NCBI GenBank assembly: GCA_951406725.2 | Contig: OX597822.1 | Location: forward strand, 40,858,001-40,922,000 | From: Octopus vulgaris | Lineage: Eukaryota | Direction: 5' to 3' | DNA length: 64,000 nt | Shown: positions 1 through 11,879 of the stretch, piece after piece | Layout of the letters: the number at the start of each line of letters is the position of its first letter | Position numbering within the stretch: position 1 is the first letter of the stretch | Program-made: the position numbers and the translations under genes | Notes under the pieces: model-generated | Databases searched by the model: none | Seen by the model: only the letters and a program-made list of their open reading frames with translations | What the model was told of the DNA's origin: nothing

Positions 1-173
1 GATCAAAATTGAGCCCCGACTACTGTGAGGCGCTCAGGCTAATAAGTATACTGGGTCCTATAGTATTTGTTTATTGGCAGCAAGTCTTATCCTATATAAA
101 TCGGAATTGGGCCCTTAGATCCATGAGTACCCCGGGTCACTGCCCAGTGTGCCTATGCCTTAAGGCAGCACTG
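1..173. mobile_element. Probable 3' end of a non-autonomous DNA transposon (hAT-like MITE), cut by window start
   Basis: GC-richer terminus ...cactgcccagtgtgcctatgccttaaggcagcactg ending in CACTG; partner end not visible. Confidence 0.35.
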
Positions 174-364
174 TATGACATAGTATAAAGCATTATAATG
201 TACTGTGATGCAATGTGGTTTTATAGATCGTGTAGTGTGACATGCTGCAATGTAGCGTAGCTTAGAGTGGTACAGTATGTAGTGATGAAGTGCAGTTCAG
301 TGTGGTGCGCAGTGTACCATAGTGTTATATGGTCTGCTGCAGTTTAGTGTTGCACCATGTAGTG

Positions 365-590
365 CAGCGCTTCTCAACCGGGGTCTGTATGACCTTTGGG
401 GGGTCCATGTGACTCTTGAGGGTCTATATAGGATTTAGTTGTTAAAAATTAGATGCAATAATTTGGTTATACTTCGACAATATACAAAATATTTTAACAA
501 ATTATTTATATATTTCCTAATAATAATCAATTATAAAATATAATGGGATTTTTTAAACATGGGATGGCTCTGAAGTTCTACCCGAGAGAG
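365..590 (+). mobile_element. hAT/Charlie-like MITE 5' portion
   Basis: Begins cagcgcttctcaaccggggtc...ggggggtccat, resembling the CAGTG(C/G)TTCTCAAC Charlie terminus; right TIR not found. Confidence 0.4.
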
Positions 591-1063
591 GAGACTTTCA
601 TCTAACAGTAACCATGTTTTGGATAAACCTTATTGGCCAGAGTGCCAGGGTGTCACAATAACCAGGGTACCATGTTAGCCAGGGTACCACGGTTACCAGC
701 AAAACATTCAAAGATGAATGAAATGTGTGTGTGTGTATATGTATAGTGAAATAATGCATGTGTGTGTGTGTGTGTGTGCATGTGGGTGTGTGTAGATTAA
801 ATTCCAAAGGGACCAACATATAAATCAGTTTCAAATCCAACAAAAAAATTAATTCATAAAATTAAAATATATTTATGGAAAAACCTACTAAAATATTTTT
901 TATAAAAAATAATAAAAAAACAAAAGAAAAACAAAATAAACAAGCATTTGAAATCCCCCCCGCCCCCGCCGCCCAAATGGTACACTTTTTGTGCATTTCT
1001 TGAATTATTCAAGTCGTTACCTATTTTGTGTTTCTTTCATACATTTGTATAGACAATTTATGT

Positions 1064-1095
<32 letters not shown>

Positions 1096-1156
1096 TGATA
1101 TATCTTGGGGTGTAATTATACATGTGTATGCGTGTGTGAGAATATATATATATGCA

Positions 1157-1188
<32 letters not shown>

Positions 1189-1275
1189 TTTTAATCCAAA
1201 CGGGAAACAAAAAAACAACAACAAGGGAACAATTACAGTATTATTATTAATAGGCGCTCAGGAAATGGAAGCAAT

Positions 1276-1342
<67 letters not shown>

Positions 1343-2577
1343 TACATATATATATATACACACACACACATGTATATACATATACACACACACACATGTA
1401 TATACATATACACACACATTTTATTCTTTCTCTCTCATGTTATTGTGCTCTGTCATGATATAATGTAGTGTAGCAATATAAAAGTGTTGCTCTGAAATAT
1501 GACAATATTTATTAATTCCAACACAGGGTCACCCATAAAACTTTTTCAGTCATTTTTGTCGTCGTCAGCATTGTCAAGAGGTATTTTAGAATAATTACTT
1601 ATTTCCATAAGGTTGGTAATTCTCTGTATTTGTCATAGATATAAAATTGCTGGGCTGGGTTCAACTTGATATTTTCTAAATGATGTCATTATTGCCACTT
1701 CGTCTAGAGTTATTAATTCACAAATAATCCAGTTTTCCTCTTTGAAATATTGTAACTTACTACTAAAAGTGTTACGGCACTGATGTCTGTAACCTTATTG
1801 TTGTTATTCAATTCTTTTCTAACCATCAGTCTAGTATGTTTATATTACTTCCTAACATTTACGTGTATTCTACTTTGTCAGATTCCTTATTACCAAAGTA
1901 AGTTTAATTCTATAATCTCTGTTCTTAATGCTAAATGATATTAGAATTTTTTATTAATTTTTCTAAGTTTTTCTTGACACTGTTTTGTGATCCAAATTTC
2001 ATATCAATTCCTCTAGTACGTCTTTGTACTATTTGTTGCAGTATTTCTAATTACTTATTCTTTATAGGTTATAATGTGAGATTTCAACCTATCTATTACT
2101 TCTCTAATCCTAACACTCTGATTCCTCAATCTCTGATTTGTACCTGTTGTATTCCTTCAAGAGAAAAAGCAGATTCATTGCTTTTCTTGTGGGTAGGGGT
2201 CAAGTTTTGTAGCTATTAATATAACTGCCCATTGTTTTTACCAGATATTTTTGTAGTCCTACAGTAGATATTTTATTACAACTTCTATGTTGGTACCCAT
2301 TAGATATTATCTAATCGGTACGGAGTCCACATTAGACTTCAATGGAGACACATAGAGAAACTCCATCAAAAACTAGCTCGTCTTTCAAACCAACCAAACT
2401 TTTATTCTATTATAAAAAGTGCAGTTCTTCATAAATATTATATAAACGAAAAATATAATCATTGTATAATAGATTCACGATGGTATATGGTAATTATGTA
2501 GATTATTTTTCATGCTCTTTTTTTATTAAGCCACCACTCCCCAAAATTGTTATTCTTGTGCCTAAACCAGTAGACAC

Positions 2578-2625
<48 letters not shown>

Positions 2626-2676
2626 ATTATTATTATTGTTGTTGTTGTTGTTGTTGTTATTATTATTATTATTAGC

Positions 2677-2746
<70 letters not shown>

Positions 2747-3129
2747 AAGGCTCTGTATTGTAAACAAGGACGGATGATGTCAGATACGGCATGGGCCAGA
2801 CAAGAAGATACATGTGTTTTATTCTTTCCGGTTTTGACATTAAATTATGCGGAGGTCAACCTTTTAAGGAATGAGGAGGTGGAGAAGAAAGAGGAGGAGA
2901 TGGAGGAAGAGAGTATGGACAATTTTATCGATCCTTCAGGGTCAATATACTTGACTATACCCTTTCCCCTAAAATATGTAGCCTTGAGTAAATGTTAAAT
3001 TGCTAATACACATGTAAATGCATAAATTTGCATATATATATGTGTGTGTGTGTGTGTATGGTATATATACATATATATATATACACATATATATATACAT
3101 ATATATATGTATACGTATATATACATATG

Positions 3130-3160
<31 letters not shown>

Positions 3161-3161
3161 A

Positions 3162-3230
<69 letters not shown>

Positions 3231-3786
3231 GCATGTGTGTGTACGTGTATTGCTGCTGCTGCTGTTTATATCCGTGCTTATTGCGAGTTTGTAATTCCTG
3301 AAGATATGTTACATTAAATTATCAATACATATGGAAACAGACACATACATGTGTGTAAAATATGCGCACATGCACACTCATATGGGGACGTAAACAGGCA
3401 CACACACATATACACATACACTCACACACACACATATTCACACACACACACACACACACGCCCGCACACATTAACACAAGCGCAGACTTGAACTCAAACA
3501 CACAAATCTATAAAAAAAAATGCACGTACCCAGTCACACGCAATCACACACTCACATACGCATACTCACACAGACAAGTACACGTACACACACGCGCGCG
3601 CTACCGCACACAGTCACGCATTCTTTGAAATGACTATGAAAATTATTTCTTCCTTTTGTTTGTGTTAAATACCAAGATGTGTATATACATGTATATATAT
3701 ACTTATGTATGTATGTATGTATGTATGTATGCATGTATGCATGTGTGTGTGGGTGGGTGGGTGTCTGTTTGAATGACTAGAGGGTT

Positions 3787-3837
3787 GCCATACGTTGATG
3801 ATAGGCAAACACCTTGAAACCTAGGTCCGTATGTGGC
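3787..3837 (+). ncRNA. Type I hammerhead ribozyme motif (U3 variant)
   Basis: catacg-TTGATGA-tagg caaaca cctt-GAAAC-CTAG-GTC-cgtatg; stem I catacg/cgtatg; palindromic ACCTAGGT stem III. Confidence 0.75.
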
Positions 3838-4210
3838 ATCCGCTTCTTCGGGGAATGATCTCCCTTTGCAGGCTAGAGGACGCCGTGATGGCGTCAGCCC
3901 TCCTGGTGACGTTGATGATCGCCTGGGGCTAAATGCATCAGTAACACCCCCACCGCCCTGCCCTGTCCCTAGCTACATTCAGATGGCTAACGTCCCTTAT
4001 GTTATATATATATTATATATATATTATATATATTATATATATATAACATAAGGGACGTTAGCCATCTGAATGTAGCTAGGGACAGGGCAGGGCGGTGGGG
4101 GTGTTACTGATGCATTTAGCCCCAGGCGATCATCAACGTCACCAGGAGGGCTGACGCCATCACGGCGTCCTCTAGCCTGCAAAGGGAGATCATTCCCCGA
4201 AGAAGCGGAT

Positions 4211-4261
4211 GCCACATACGGACCTAGGTTTCAAGGTGTTTGCCTATCATCAACGCATGGC
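4211..4261 (-). ncRNA. Type I hammerhead motif, inverted copy of 3787-3837
   Basis: Reverse complement of the 3787 motif with one stem I substitution. Confidence 0.7.
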
Positions 4262-4494
4262 AGGCACCGATCGCCTGGGGCTAAATGCATCAGTAACACC
4301 CCCACCGCCCTGCCCTGTCCCTAGCCACATTCAGATGGCTAACGTCCCTTATGTTATGGAGCAGTTACTGTCTATATCTCGTTTAGAGAATTATTATTGC
4401 TGTCGAACAGATTTTCTACATCAGTAAATGTATTTACTGTGAAAATCTTTATATATAGCCAGCACAGAGAGTCGTTCGTCGAGTAGCGGTGCCT

Positions 4495-4545
4495 GCCATA
4501 CGTTGATAATAGGCAAACACCTTGAAACCTAGGTCCGTATGTGGC
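4495..4545 (+). ncRNA. Type I hammerhead motif (U3-A8 variant)
   Basis: catacg-TTGATAA-tagg..cctt-GAAAC-CTAG-GTC-cgtatg. Confidence 0.7.
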
Positions 4546-4744
4546 ATCCGCTTCTTCGGGGAATGATCTCCCTTTGCAGGCTAGAGGACGCCGTGATGGC
4601 GTCAGCCCTCCTGGTGACGTTGATGATCGCCTGGGGCTAAATGCATCAGTAACACCCCCACCGCCCTACTCTGTCCCTAGCCACATTCAGATGGCTAACG
4701 TCCCTTATGTTATGGAGCAGTTACTGTCTATATCTCGTTTAGAG

Positions 4745-4809
<65 letters not shown>

Positions 4810-4810
4810 G

Positions 4811-4891
<81 letters not shown>

Positions 4892-4907
4892 TTGTGTGTG
4901 CATCTAT

Positions 4908-5078
4908 GTTTGTCTCCCTCGCCATCGCTTGACAATCGGTGCTGATGTGTTTATATACACGTAACGTAGCGGTCCAGCAAAATATACGGATAGAATAACT
5001 ACAACTAACGCCCTTTAAGTCGGTGCTCCAGTATGACCCCAGTCAAATGACTGAAACAAGTAAAAGAATAAGAGAATA
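4908..5078 (+). mobile_element. SINE family A 3' half (octopus OR-like)
   Basis: atcgcttgacaatcgg...ggtgctccagtatgacc..cagtcaaatgactgaaacaagtaaaagaat; many copies in window. Confidence 0.7.
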
Positions 5079-5085
5079 TATTTAC

Positions 5086-5133
<48 letters not shown>

Positions 5134-5172
5134 TAATGGAGTTAAACGCAGGTGTTATTCAAATTCTTTTAC

Positions 5173-5258
5173 TTTCGACACATGTTTCGAAGATATCACT
5201 GGTATTTTTCCAAAGGAATGATATGGTGTAAAACAATGTAATCTTCTCTTCAGAGAAA
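5173..5258 (-). ncRNA. Type I hammerhead motif in a short fragment related to the PLE terminal repeat
   Basis: Minus strand: tttct-CTGAAGA-gaagat...atcttc-GAAAC-ATGT-GTC-gaaa; preceded on + by aatggagttaaacg similar to the pLTR. Confidence 0.7.
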
Positions 5259-5278
5259 TGAAGAAATGAAACTATCTG

Positions 5279-5381
<103 letters not shown>

Positions 5382-5384
5382 CTC

Positions 5385-5427
<43 letters not shown>

Positions 5428-5706
5428 TTTCTTGCACGAAATAGGGAGTAATATCACAGTCGACAACTGAGGAGGGTTTAGACTTCTTTTGGTATTTTGG
5501 TATTTTGTCCCGTACTTGTCTCTCATTGTGTGTTTACGTGTATTTCACTCGTTGGTGATGTCCAGTTCTTAATGTATATTTTTTCATTTATTATTATATA
5601 TATATATGTGTGTGTGTGTGCGTGCGTGCGCGTGCGTGCGCGTGTGTGTGCGTGCGTGCGCGCGTGTGTGTGTACGTGTATGTGTGTATGTATGTATGTA
5701 TATGTG

Positions 5707-5737
<31 letters not shown>

Positions 5738-5742
5738 ATATG

Positions 5743-5784
<42 letters not shown>

Positions 5785-5791
<7 letters not shown>

Positions 5792-6359
5792 AAATGGAAA
5801 GATGAATTTTCTTGTTACAGATTATTCAAAAGTTTAACCGATACTTGGGTAACAAAAATCACAGCAGAAAAAAACACGGTTGGAGAAAAGACCATATGGT
5901 GTTGCAACCGTGCGTTGGTGCGGATAATTGAAGTTTAATATAATTAGTGAATGGAAGAAATGGAGTTGAACGAAGATTGTACAGAATTCCTTTTATTACA
6001 TTCTACACATGTTTCAAAGCCACAATTTTCCAAATTCTGATTAAATAAGGATACCATATTGCAGCTTTCTCTTCAGGAAAAACCAGGAATTACGTTGTCA
6101 GAACAAAACAAAACAGAGGCGCAGCAAAGCAATTCGAACGAGGACGCTCCTTAAGAGCCCATGGATAAACTGTTTATCAATGTACGTTGAAATCGGGGGG
6201 TTGGTGGGGTCCGTTGGAATACTTACAGGTCAGACCGCGGTCAAATCTAGTAGGTGAGGAATTAATGAGAACAAGGGGTGTGGAGATGTTCTGTGTGACC
6301 AAAACTAATGTTCTGAATATTTAAAGAATACATGGTGTATTTCTTAGGGGCGAGACAAA
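5785..6359 (-). repeat. PLE pseudo-LTR copy 1 (3')
   Basis: Direct repeat of 9470-10045; about four differences seen by eye. Confidence 0.95.
6001..6080 (-). ncRNA. Type I hammerhead in pLTR (sense to the PLE ORF)
   Basis: ttc-CTGAAGA-gaaagctgcaat...attgtggcttt-GAAAC-ATGT-GTA-gaa. Confidence 0.75.
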
Positions 6360-6717
6360 ACCTACCTAAAAGCTTGTATGTGTATACTAGCCTATGTGTG
6401 CGACCCCGTGTGTTGGCGAGGGGCGCTAGATAATGAGCACTGCTGAAAAAGGCCTGTCACGCGGCTGAAAAAATTTTTCTGTGTTCGTGTGTTCGTCTGT
6501 GGCCTGCTTGTATAAAAATTAACATCGTCAAAGAATCACAAGGGTATATAATTCCGGCGTTTGCTTCTAAAAAAACAAAAAACCGACCAATCGCATAAGG
6601 GGGGTAATTTCCCCTTGCAAGAGCTATTCAGAGAATTTTTTTTTAAAGTTTTTTCAAAAATTATTTCCAAAATATTTTTCATTTTAATAGGGTAACAAGG
6701 TGTTAATTTCCTAGGTA

Positions 6718-9423
6718 TCATTTATATGTAAGATAAGTATGACGCCGCCAATGGGGACATCGAAAAGCCGTCTGTAAAAGCCCGTTCACCAAACGGCCTC
6801 TGGCGAACAATATGTGGAAAAGCTCAGAGTTACAAAGATTACACCCCCTTCTATCAAACGGGAGGGCCACTGACAAAATCGACCATTCCAGCCTAAAAGC
6901 TGAATTCGCGTTCTTCAAACGCCAGATAAGTTTGCTAAGTCCTGTAGCTTGGTATTTATTAACGTCGCGAAAAGTTGCGAAATGGTTCGATATTCTCAAG
7001 GCCAATTTTGACGATGAGGCCCCGACATACGAGTAGACATCTGAATCTGTGTAAACATTGCATTGGTAAATGGCATTTCTGATCTTGGAGTTACTAGACA
7101 AGAACCTTATTCTATTGGGATTAGCTTCTGATATTAATACTGCGTTTCTGTTACTATATTGACTGTGAGAACTGCGGCCGCCTACTACATTATACTCCTC
7201 ATTATCACTATTAATTAACGGACTATCCCCTGTGTATTCCCTATCGGTGAGAACGCTGTAATTGCTAGTATCCGTGGACCTGCTATTGCCGGAAACGATG
7301 CTAAGGTTGCTATTAGGACTCTCTACATCAATGACCCGACCTGCGCTCACCTCCCTATTACCATTACTAACGTTATTAACATAACCATTTCTTCTATCGC
7401 TAAACCTATTATTTACTCCCTGGTTGGTACTGAGATTACCAGTCACTGTACTGGCTCTTTTATCATTATTACTACTATTATTATTCCTACTGCGCGTTAA
7501 ACTGGAATTAGACGGAGCTGCGCCTCCGGACAATGGTGGTAGGGTCTTAATAAGCAGCCTATTATTATGGGAGGCGATTATCTGGGAAAGGTTTTTGTGT
7601 TGGAGAAAGCTATCCTAACTTTATGTGAATTAACCGTGGAGTAATATTTGGAATTTCTGGGGAAGTTACTGGCAATGGCTTGGCGAAACAGGAGGGGAAG
7701 ATTAGTTCTAATCTGCTTACCAAAGGGAATTACAAACCAGATATGTTTATTCCTATTTTTGTGGTGGGTCGGGTAGCCAGCTCTGACATTAGGGTGGGTG
7801 ATTCTAGGTTGAATAAAAGGTTTTGGTTTAGTATGACCTCCCCGGACCGTAAATTATCTATGTTCCCTAAATTAAATCCAGAAGTACCTGCCCCAACACT
7901 CCCCCCGCTCCCATCACTACTTAAATTATTTATGTTATTATAGACGGCCCTATCCTGATGACCGAATGGTGGCATCGGAAGGGCTGGATCAATATATACT
8001 ACCTTCTGCCTATAACCGGCTTTGGGTAGTGCGGCGTTATAAAATTCCGCTTTCTGCATAAAGATGTCGGCACTAGCGGACAAGTTAGACAATCTTAGAG
8101 AGATGTTTTTAACCAAATTGTCTGTTACGGTTTTGGCATGATTGGAGAAGACACTAACATACTTTAAATTAGTGGAAGGCTTATGGTAAGGGCAGTATGA
8201 ATCGCTATGGAGGTTTAGTGTGACGTCTAGGAAATTAGCCTTAGTGAGTTCATTATCAAAAACTATATTCATGCCCATTCTATTAAAGAACCTAGCTAAC
8301 CTATTTTTAGTTTTCTGTACGATTCTGTTCGTTGTGTTTTGCAGGTAAAACAGACAATCGTCACGATACAGGCCACCCGCGATGTCCGGGAATTGGTCGG
8401 ATAATTCGTAGAGAATATAGATTCCGACCAAATCGGCTATCTGCGCGCTATCCGAACTACCCATAGGCACATCGAATTCGTTGGGAGTATCTTTACGAAT
8501 CCACAACTTATTTTCAAACTTTATAAATGATTTTCTGGCAACTAAAATAATATCAATTTCTTCTCTAGTGAGGCCTGCCTTGTTGTGAGCATGCCACAGG
8601 GCCTTATTTAGTACACTAGGGTTAATCGAGGAGTAGAAGCTGGCGATATCAAACTGAATAAACCTAGTACGGTTCTTATTAGGGATGGAAGAGAACCACT
8701 TCACGACCTGCGAGGGTTAGCCCAGAGGCTAAGCTTCAGCTTATTTACTAAACTAGGGATATATTTATCTAAAATATACTTACTGATGGTCCCGATATCG
8801 GAACTAGCAGGGCATATGAGTCTTAACGCTGGGTTGGTGTAGAAATTCGGTTTGTGGTCCTTCACTATGAATCTAGGTTGTTTAGGGCTAAGCGGCTGCG
8901 TTCTCATTTGAATTCCGTATTTAAACATTATTTCCTTAATCTCCAAGTTTACTTTTCTCAGTGTGTTCCAATTAGTTGTTCTATAATTCTTCTTGATCTC
9001 TTTTCCGAGTAAATCCAGGTACTGTCTAATGGGTAACTTATATGTGTTCCTTGTCTTGTCAGACTGGACCAAGATTCCATCCGACCTATTAATATCCTTG
9101 GTAATTTTATCTAGGTATCTGAGGTGATCATTTCTCCTGGGTGACTTCCTGAACTTAATCTTCCTTACGATGTCCCACAAGTCGTCCTCAAACTTCTTCA
9201 GTCTTGGGTTAGGTGGCGGTGTATCCATCGACTTAAAAAGCCCACAATATTCGGACGATGCTGCTGCCCGGTTCAATTTTAGATCCTCGTTCTCGTGGAA
9301 GAAAACAAGCCATCTAATCCGGTTTATGAAAGCGTTAGTTTTGCAAACCAATTCCTTAAGGAAGGCATCCTTCGGTGGTATAGGAATATCCTTAAGGGAC
9401 GCATCAATCTCGAACAACTCCAT
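6718..9423 (-). pseudogene. PLE reverse transcriptase + GIY-YIG endonuclease polyprotein (~900 aa once three frameshifts are corrected)
   Basis: N-term SLKDIPIPP..FINRIRW; SDKTRN; KDHKPNF; RT motifs FDIASFYSSI, VPMGSSDSAQIADLVG, LYRDD, NFLDVTL; IWFVIPF..IIASHNN (in off-track frames at ~7560-7750); EN AIY..YVG..RISNH..CNLCNSE..N..RCPH. Frameshifts near 8715, 7760 and 7595. Confidence 0.9.
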
Positions 9424-9469
9424 TATCGGTATCGGTTAATGTAGCAGTTTCTTGGCGAAGCGGTATGTG

Positions 9470-10045
9470 TTTGTTGAAATGGAAAGATGAATTTTCTTGT
9501 TACAGATTATTCAAAAGTTTAACCGATACCTGGGTAGCAAAAATCACAGCAGAAAAAAACACGGTTGGAGAAAAGACCATATGGTGTTGCAACCGTGCGT
9601 TGGTGCGGATAATTGAAGTTTAATATAATTAGTGAATGGAAGAAATGGAGTTGAACGAAGATTGTACAGAATTCCTTTTATTACATTCTACACATGTTTC
9701 AAAGGCCACAATTTTCCAAATTCTGATTAAATAAGGATACCATATTGCAGCTTTCTCTTCAGGAAAAACCAGGAATTACGTTGTCAGAACAAAACAAAAC
9801 AGAGGCGCAGCAAAGCAATTCGAACGAGGACGCTCCTTAAGAGCCCATGGATAAACTGTTTATCAATGTACGTTGAAATCGGGGGGTTGGTGGGGTCCGT
9901 TGGAATACTTACAGGTCAGGCCGCGGTCAAATCTAGTAGGTGAGGAATTAATGAGAACAAGGGGTGTGGAGATGTTCTGTGTGACCAAAACTAATGTTCT
10001 GAATATTTAAAGAATACATGGTGTATTTCTTAGGGGCGAGACAAA
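9470..10045 (-). repeat. PLE pseudo-LTR copy 2 (5')
   Basis: Direct repeat of 5785-6359. Confidence 0.95.
9686..9766 (-). ncRNA. Type I hammerhead in 5' pLTR
   Basis: Copy of 6001-6080 with a 1-nt insertion in stem II. Confidence 0.7.
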
Positions 10046-11860
10046 CGAAATTTATGCTAAATAATATATATTATGCATGCAGACATTATACAAATTTGGA
10101 ACACAAAACAATAAACATGAAGGAAATAATAATTCTCAAGCGTTACAAAAATACGTACACCCTGAATATTATTTCCACTTTTTTTTACTAAATTCAAATA
10201 TTGCTGATAATTTCAGTTCTAATAAATTATTTTTCTTGGCATTTTTGCACCGGTCATTGTTATTACGTCTGCAGGAGTTCTGATTTGTGTACCGTGGTGA
10301 AAATCTTCATTGTGATTAAAATGGCACCAAAAGAAAGAGAATTGTCTGAAGATTTGAAGAAAATTATTTTTAATTTGTGCAAGAATGGTTTAGGATACAA
10401 GTTAATTAGCAAATGAATACATACTGGCGTAAACACAGTTGCCGAAGTAATTCAGAAGTACAAAGCTAATGGACAGCTAAGCAATAAACATTGTCCACGT
10501 CGTTCTTCTATTTTAAGTGTGCGTGATATGGAGTAGTAGTAGTAGGAGGAGGAGGAGGAGGAGGGGGAGGAGGGGGAGGAAAAGGAAGAAGAAGAAGAAG
10601 AGGAAGAGGAAGAGGAAGAAGAACAAGAAGAGGAAGAAGAACAAGAACAAGAAGAAGAATAGGGTAGGGGAGGAAAAAGAGGAAAAAGAAGAGAAAAGGA
10701 AGAGAAAAAAGAGAAATAGGAAAAGGACGTGAAAGAAGAGGAAGAGGGGGAGGCAGTTGAAGAGGAAAATTAGGAAAAGGAAGGAAGAAGTGGAAGAGGT
10801 GGAAGAGAAAGAAGAAGAGGAAAAGGGGAGGGAGAAGAGGAAGAGGGGAATAAAAAGAAGAAGAGGAAGTCGTCGTACTGCTTCATCTTTGGCCCAAGAA
10901 GTGTCTTCTGTTATTGGAAAGAGTGTATCCGCCCGAACAGTTCACTGAAGTTTGAGCCAGTGTGGTCTTCTTGGACGCGTTCCTCGTAGGAATCCTCTCC
11001 TCACTATCAGGCATAAATCAAGTCGTCTTCCTTTTGCCGAAACCTATATGAGTAAGGGGAAGGATTTTGGGAATAAAATTCTTTTTTCTGGTAAGACTAA
11101 AATCAAGTAGTTTGGGCCAGATGGTATTAAACGTGTATGGTGACGACCAGGTGGAGATAATAGCGACAAATGCACCGTACCTACTGTGAAACACGGCGGC
11201 AGAAGTTTTATCCTTTGGGGATTCATGAGTGCAGCTGGTGTGGGAGGACTCACATTTACTGAGAGAACAATGGATTCAAGGCTTTATTGTGGCATATTGC
11301 AGAAAACAATGTTGAAAAGCATCAAGGAACTAGGAAGACATTCCATGTTCCAACATGATAATGACCCTAAACACACTTCAAAAATGATGACTAAGTTTTT
11401 ATCAGATAAAAACATAAAGGTGTTGTCTTGGTCTACCATGTCACCTGATTTAAACCCAATAGAACATCTGTGGACTGTTTTGAAGAGGAAGTTTGAGGAG
11501 GAAAATCCCGCAATGTAACGCAATGTAATGGAGGTCGATTTCATTGGTTATATGCAAAAATTTAGTCGACTCTATGCCCAGAAGACTTAATGCAGTCATT
11601 GAAAGCAAGGGCGGTCACACCAAATATTGAATATAGCAAATAATCCTTTAAGGTGTACATATTTTTGCCTCGTTTAAAAACTACTATTTCGTTCATATCT
11701 TTGAAAATGTTTATTGTTTTGTGTTCCAAATTTGTATAATATTTGCATGTATAATATATTTTATTCAGTATAAATTTCGTTTGATTTCCTTCGATATTAT
11801 TAATGTAATGACAATTTTACTGAAATTCTTTAGGGGTGTACATACTTCTGTGAGATACTG
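10042..11860 (+). mobile_element. Tc1-like DNA transposon with long TIRs; left end truncated at the PLE junction
   Basis: 10042-~10118 is the reverse complement of ~11707-11783; right end ...gtgagatactg followed by TA. Confidence 0.88.
10321..11630 (+). pseudogene. Tc1 transposase pseudogene
   Basis: MAPKERELSEDLK..GYKLISK, GRVPRR, VKHGG..WG, FQHDNDPKH, SPDLNPIEHLW, GGHTKY*; several stops and a purine-rich insertion at ~10530-10868. Confidence 0.9.
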
Positions 11861-11879
11861 TATATATGCATACACATAT

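Larger units (their letters stand above)
3786..4745 (+). mobile_element. Non-coding HHR-bearing partial-tandem element with inversion (retrozyme / non-autonomous PLE-like), ~356-nt monomer
   Basis: 3786-~4010 is inverted at ~4040-4262; 4269-4389 recurs at 4625-4745 (offset 356); three HHR copies; ends in (TA)n. Confidence 0.75.
5785..10045 (-). mobile_element. Penelope-like retroelement (Hydra-type), near full length, with direct terminal repeats
   Basis: RT plus C-terminal GIY-YIG coding region flanked by ~575-bp direct repeats carrying HHRs; 3' end abuts (TA)n. Confidence 0.92.

Noticed and set aside
1490-2330. Possible ancient LINE remnant (also ~13400-13680 and 35940-36270)
   Set aside because: No diagnostic motif recoverable by eye
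3833-4945. Repeated [19 protein letters not shown]...
   Set aside because: GTG start, no known motifs; recurrence explained by the non-coding repeat
8695-8720. Programmed frameshift or selenocysteine readthrough at the TGA ending the first PLE ORF
   Set aside because: Continuity needs a frame change within a conserved motif, not readthrough; two similar breaks downstream point to indels
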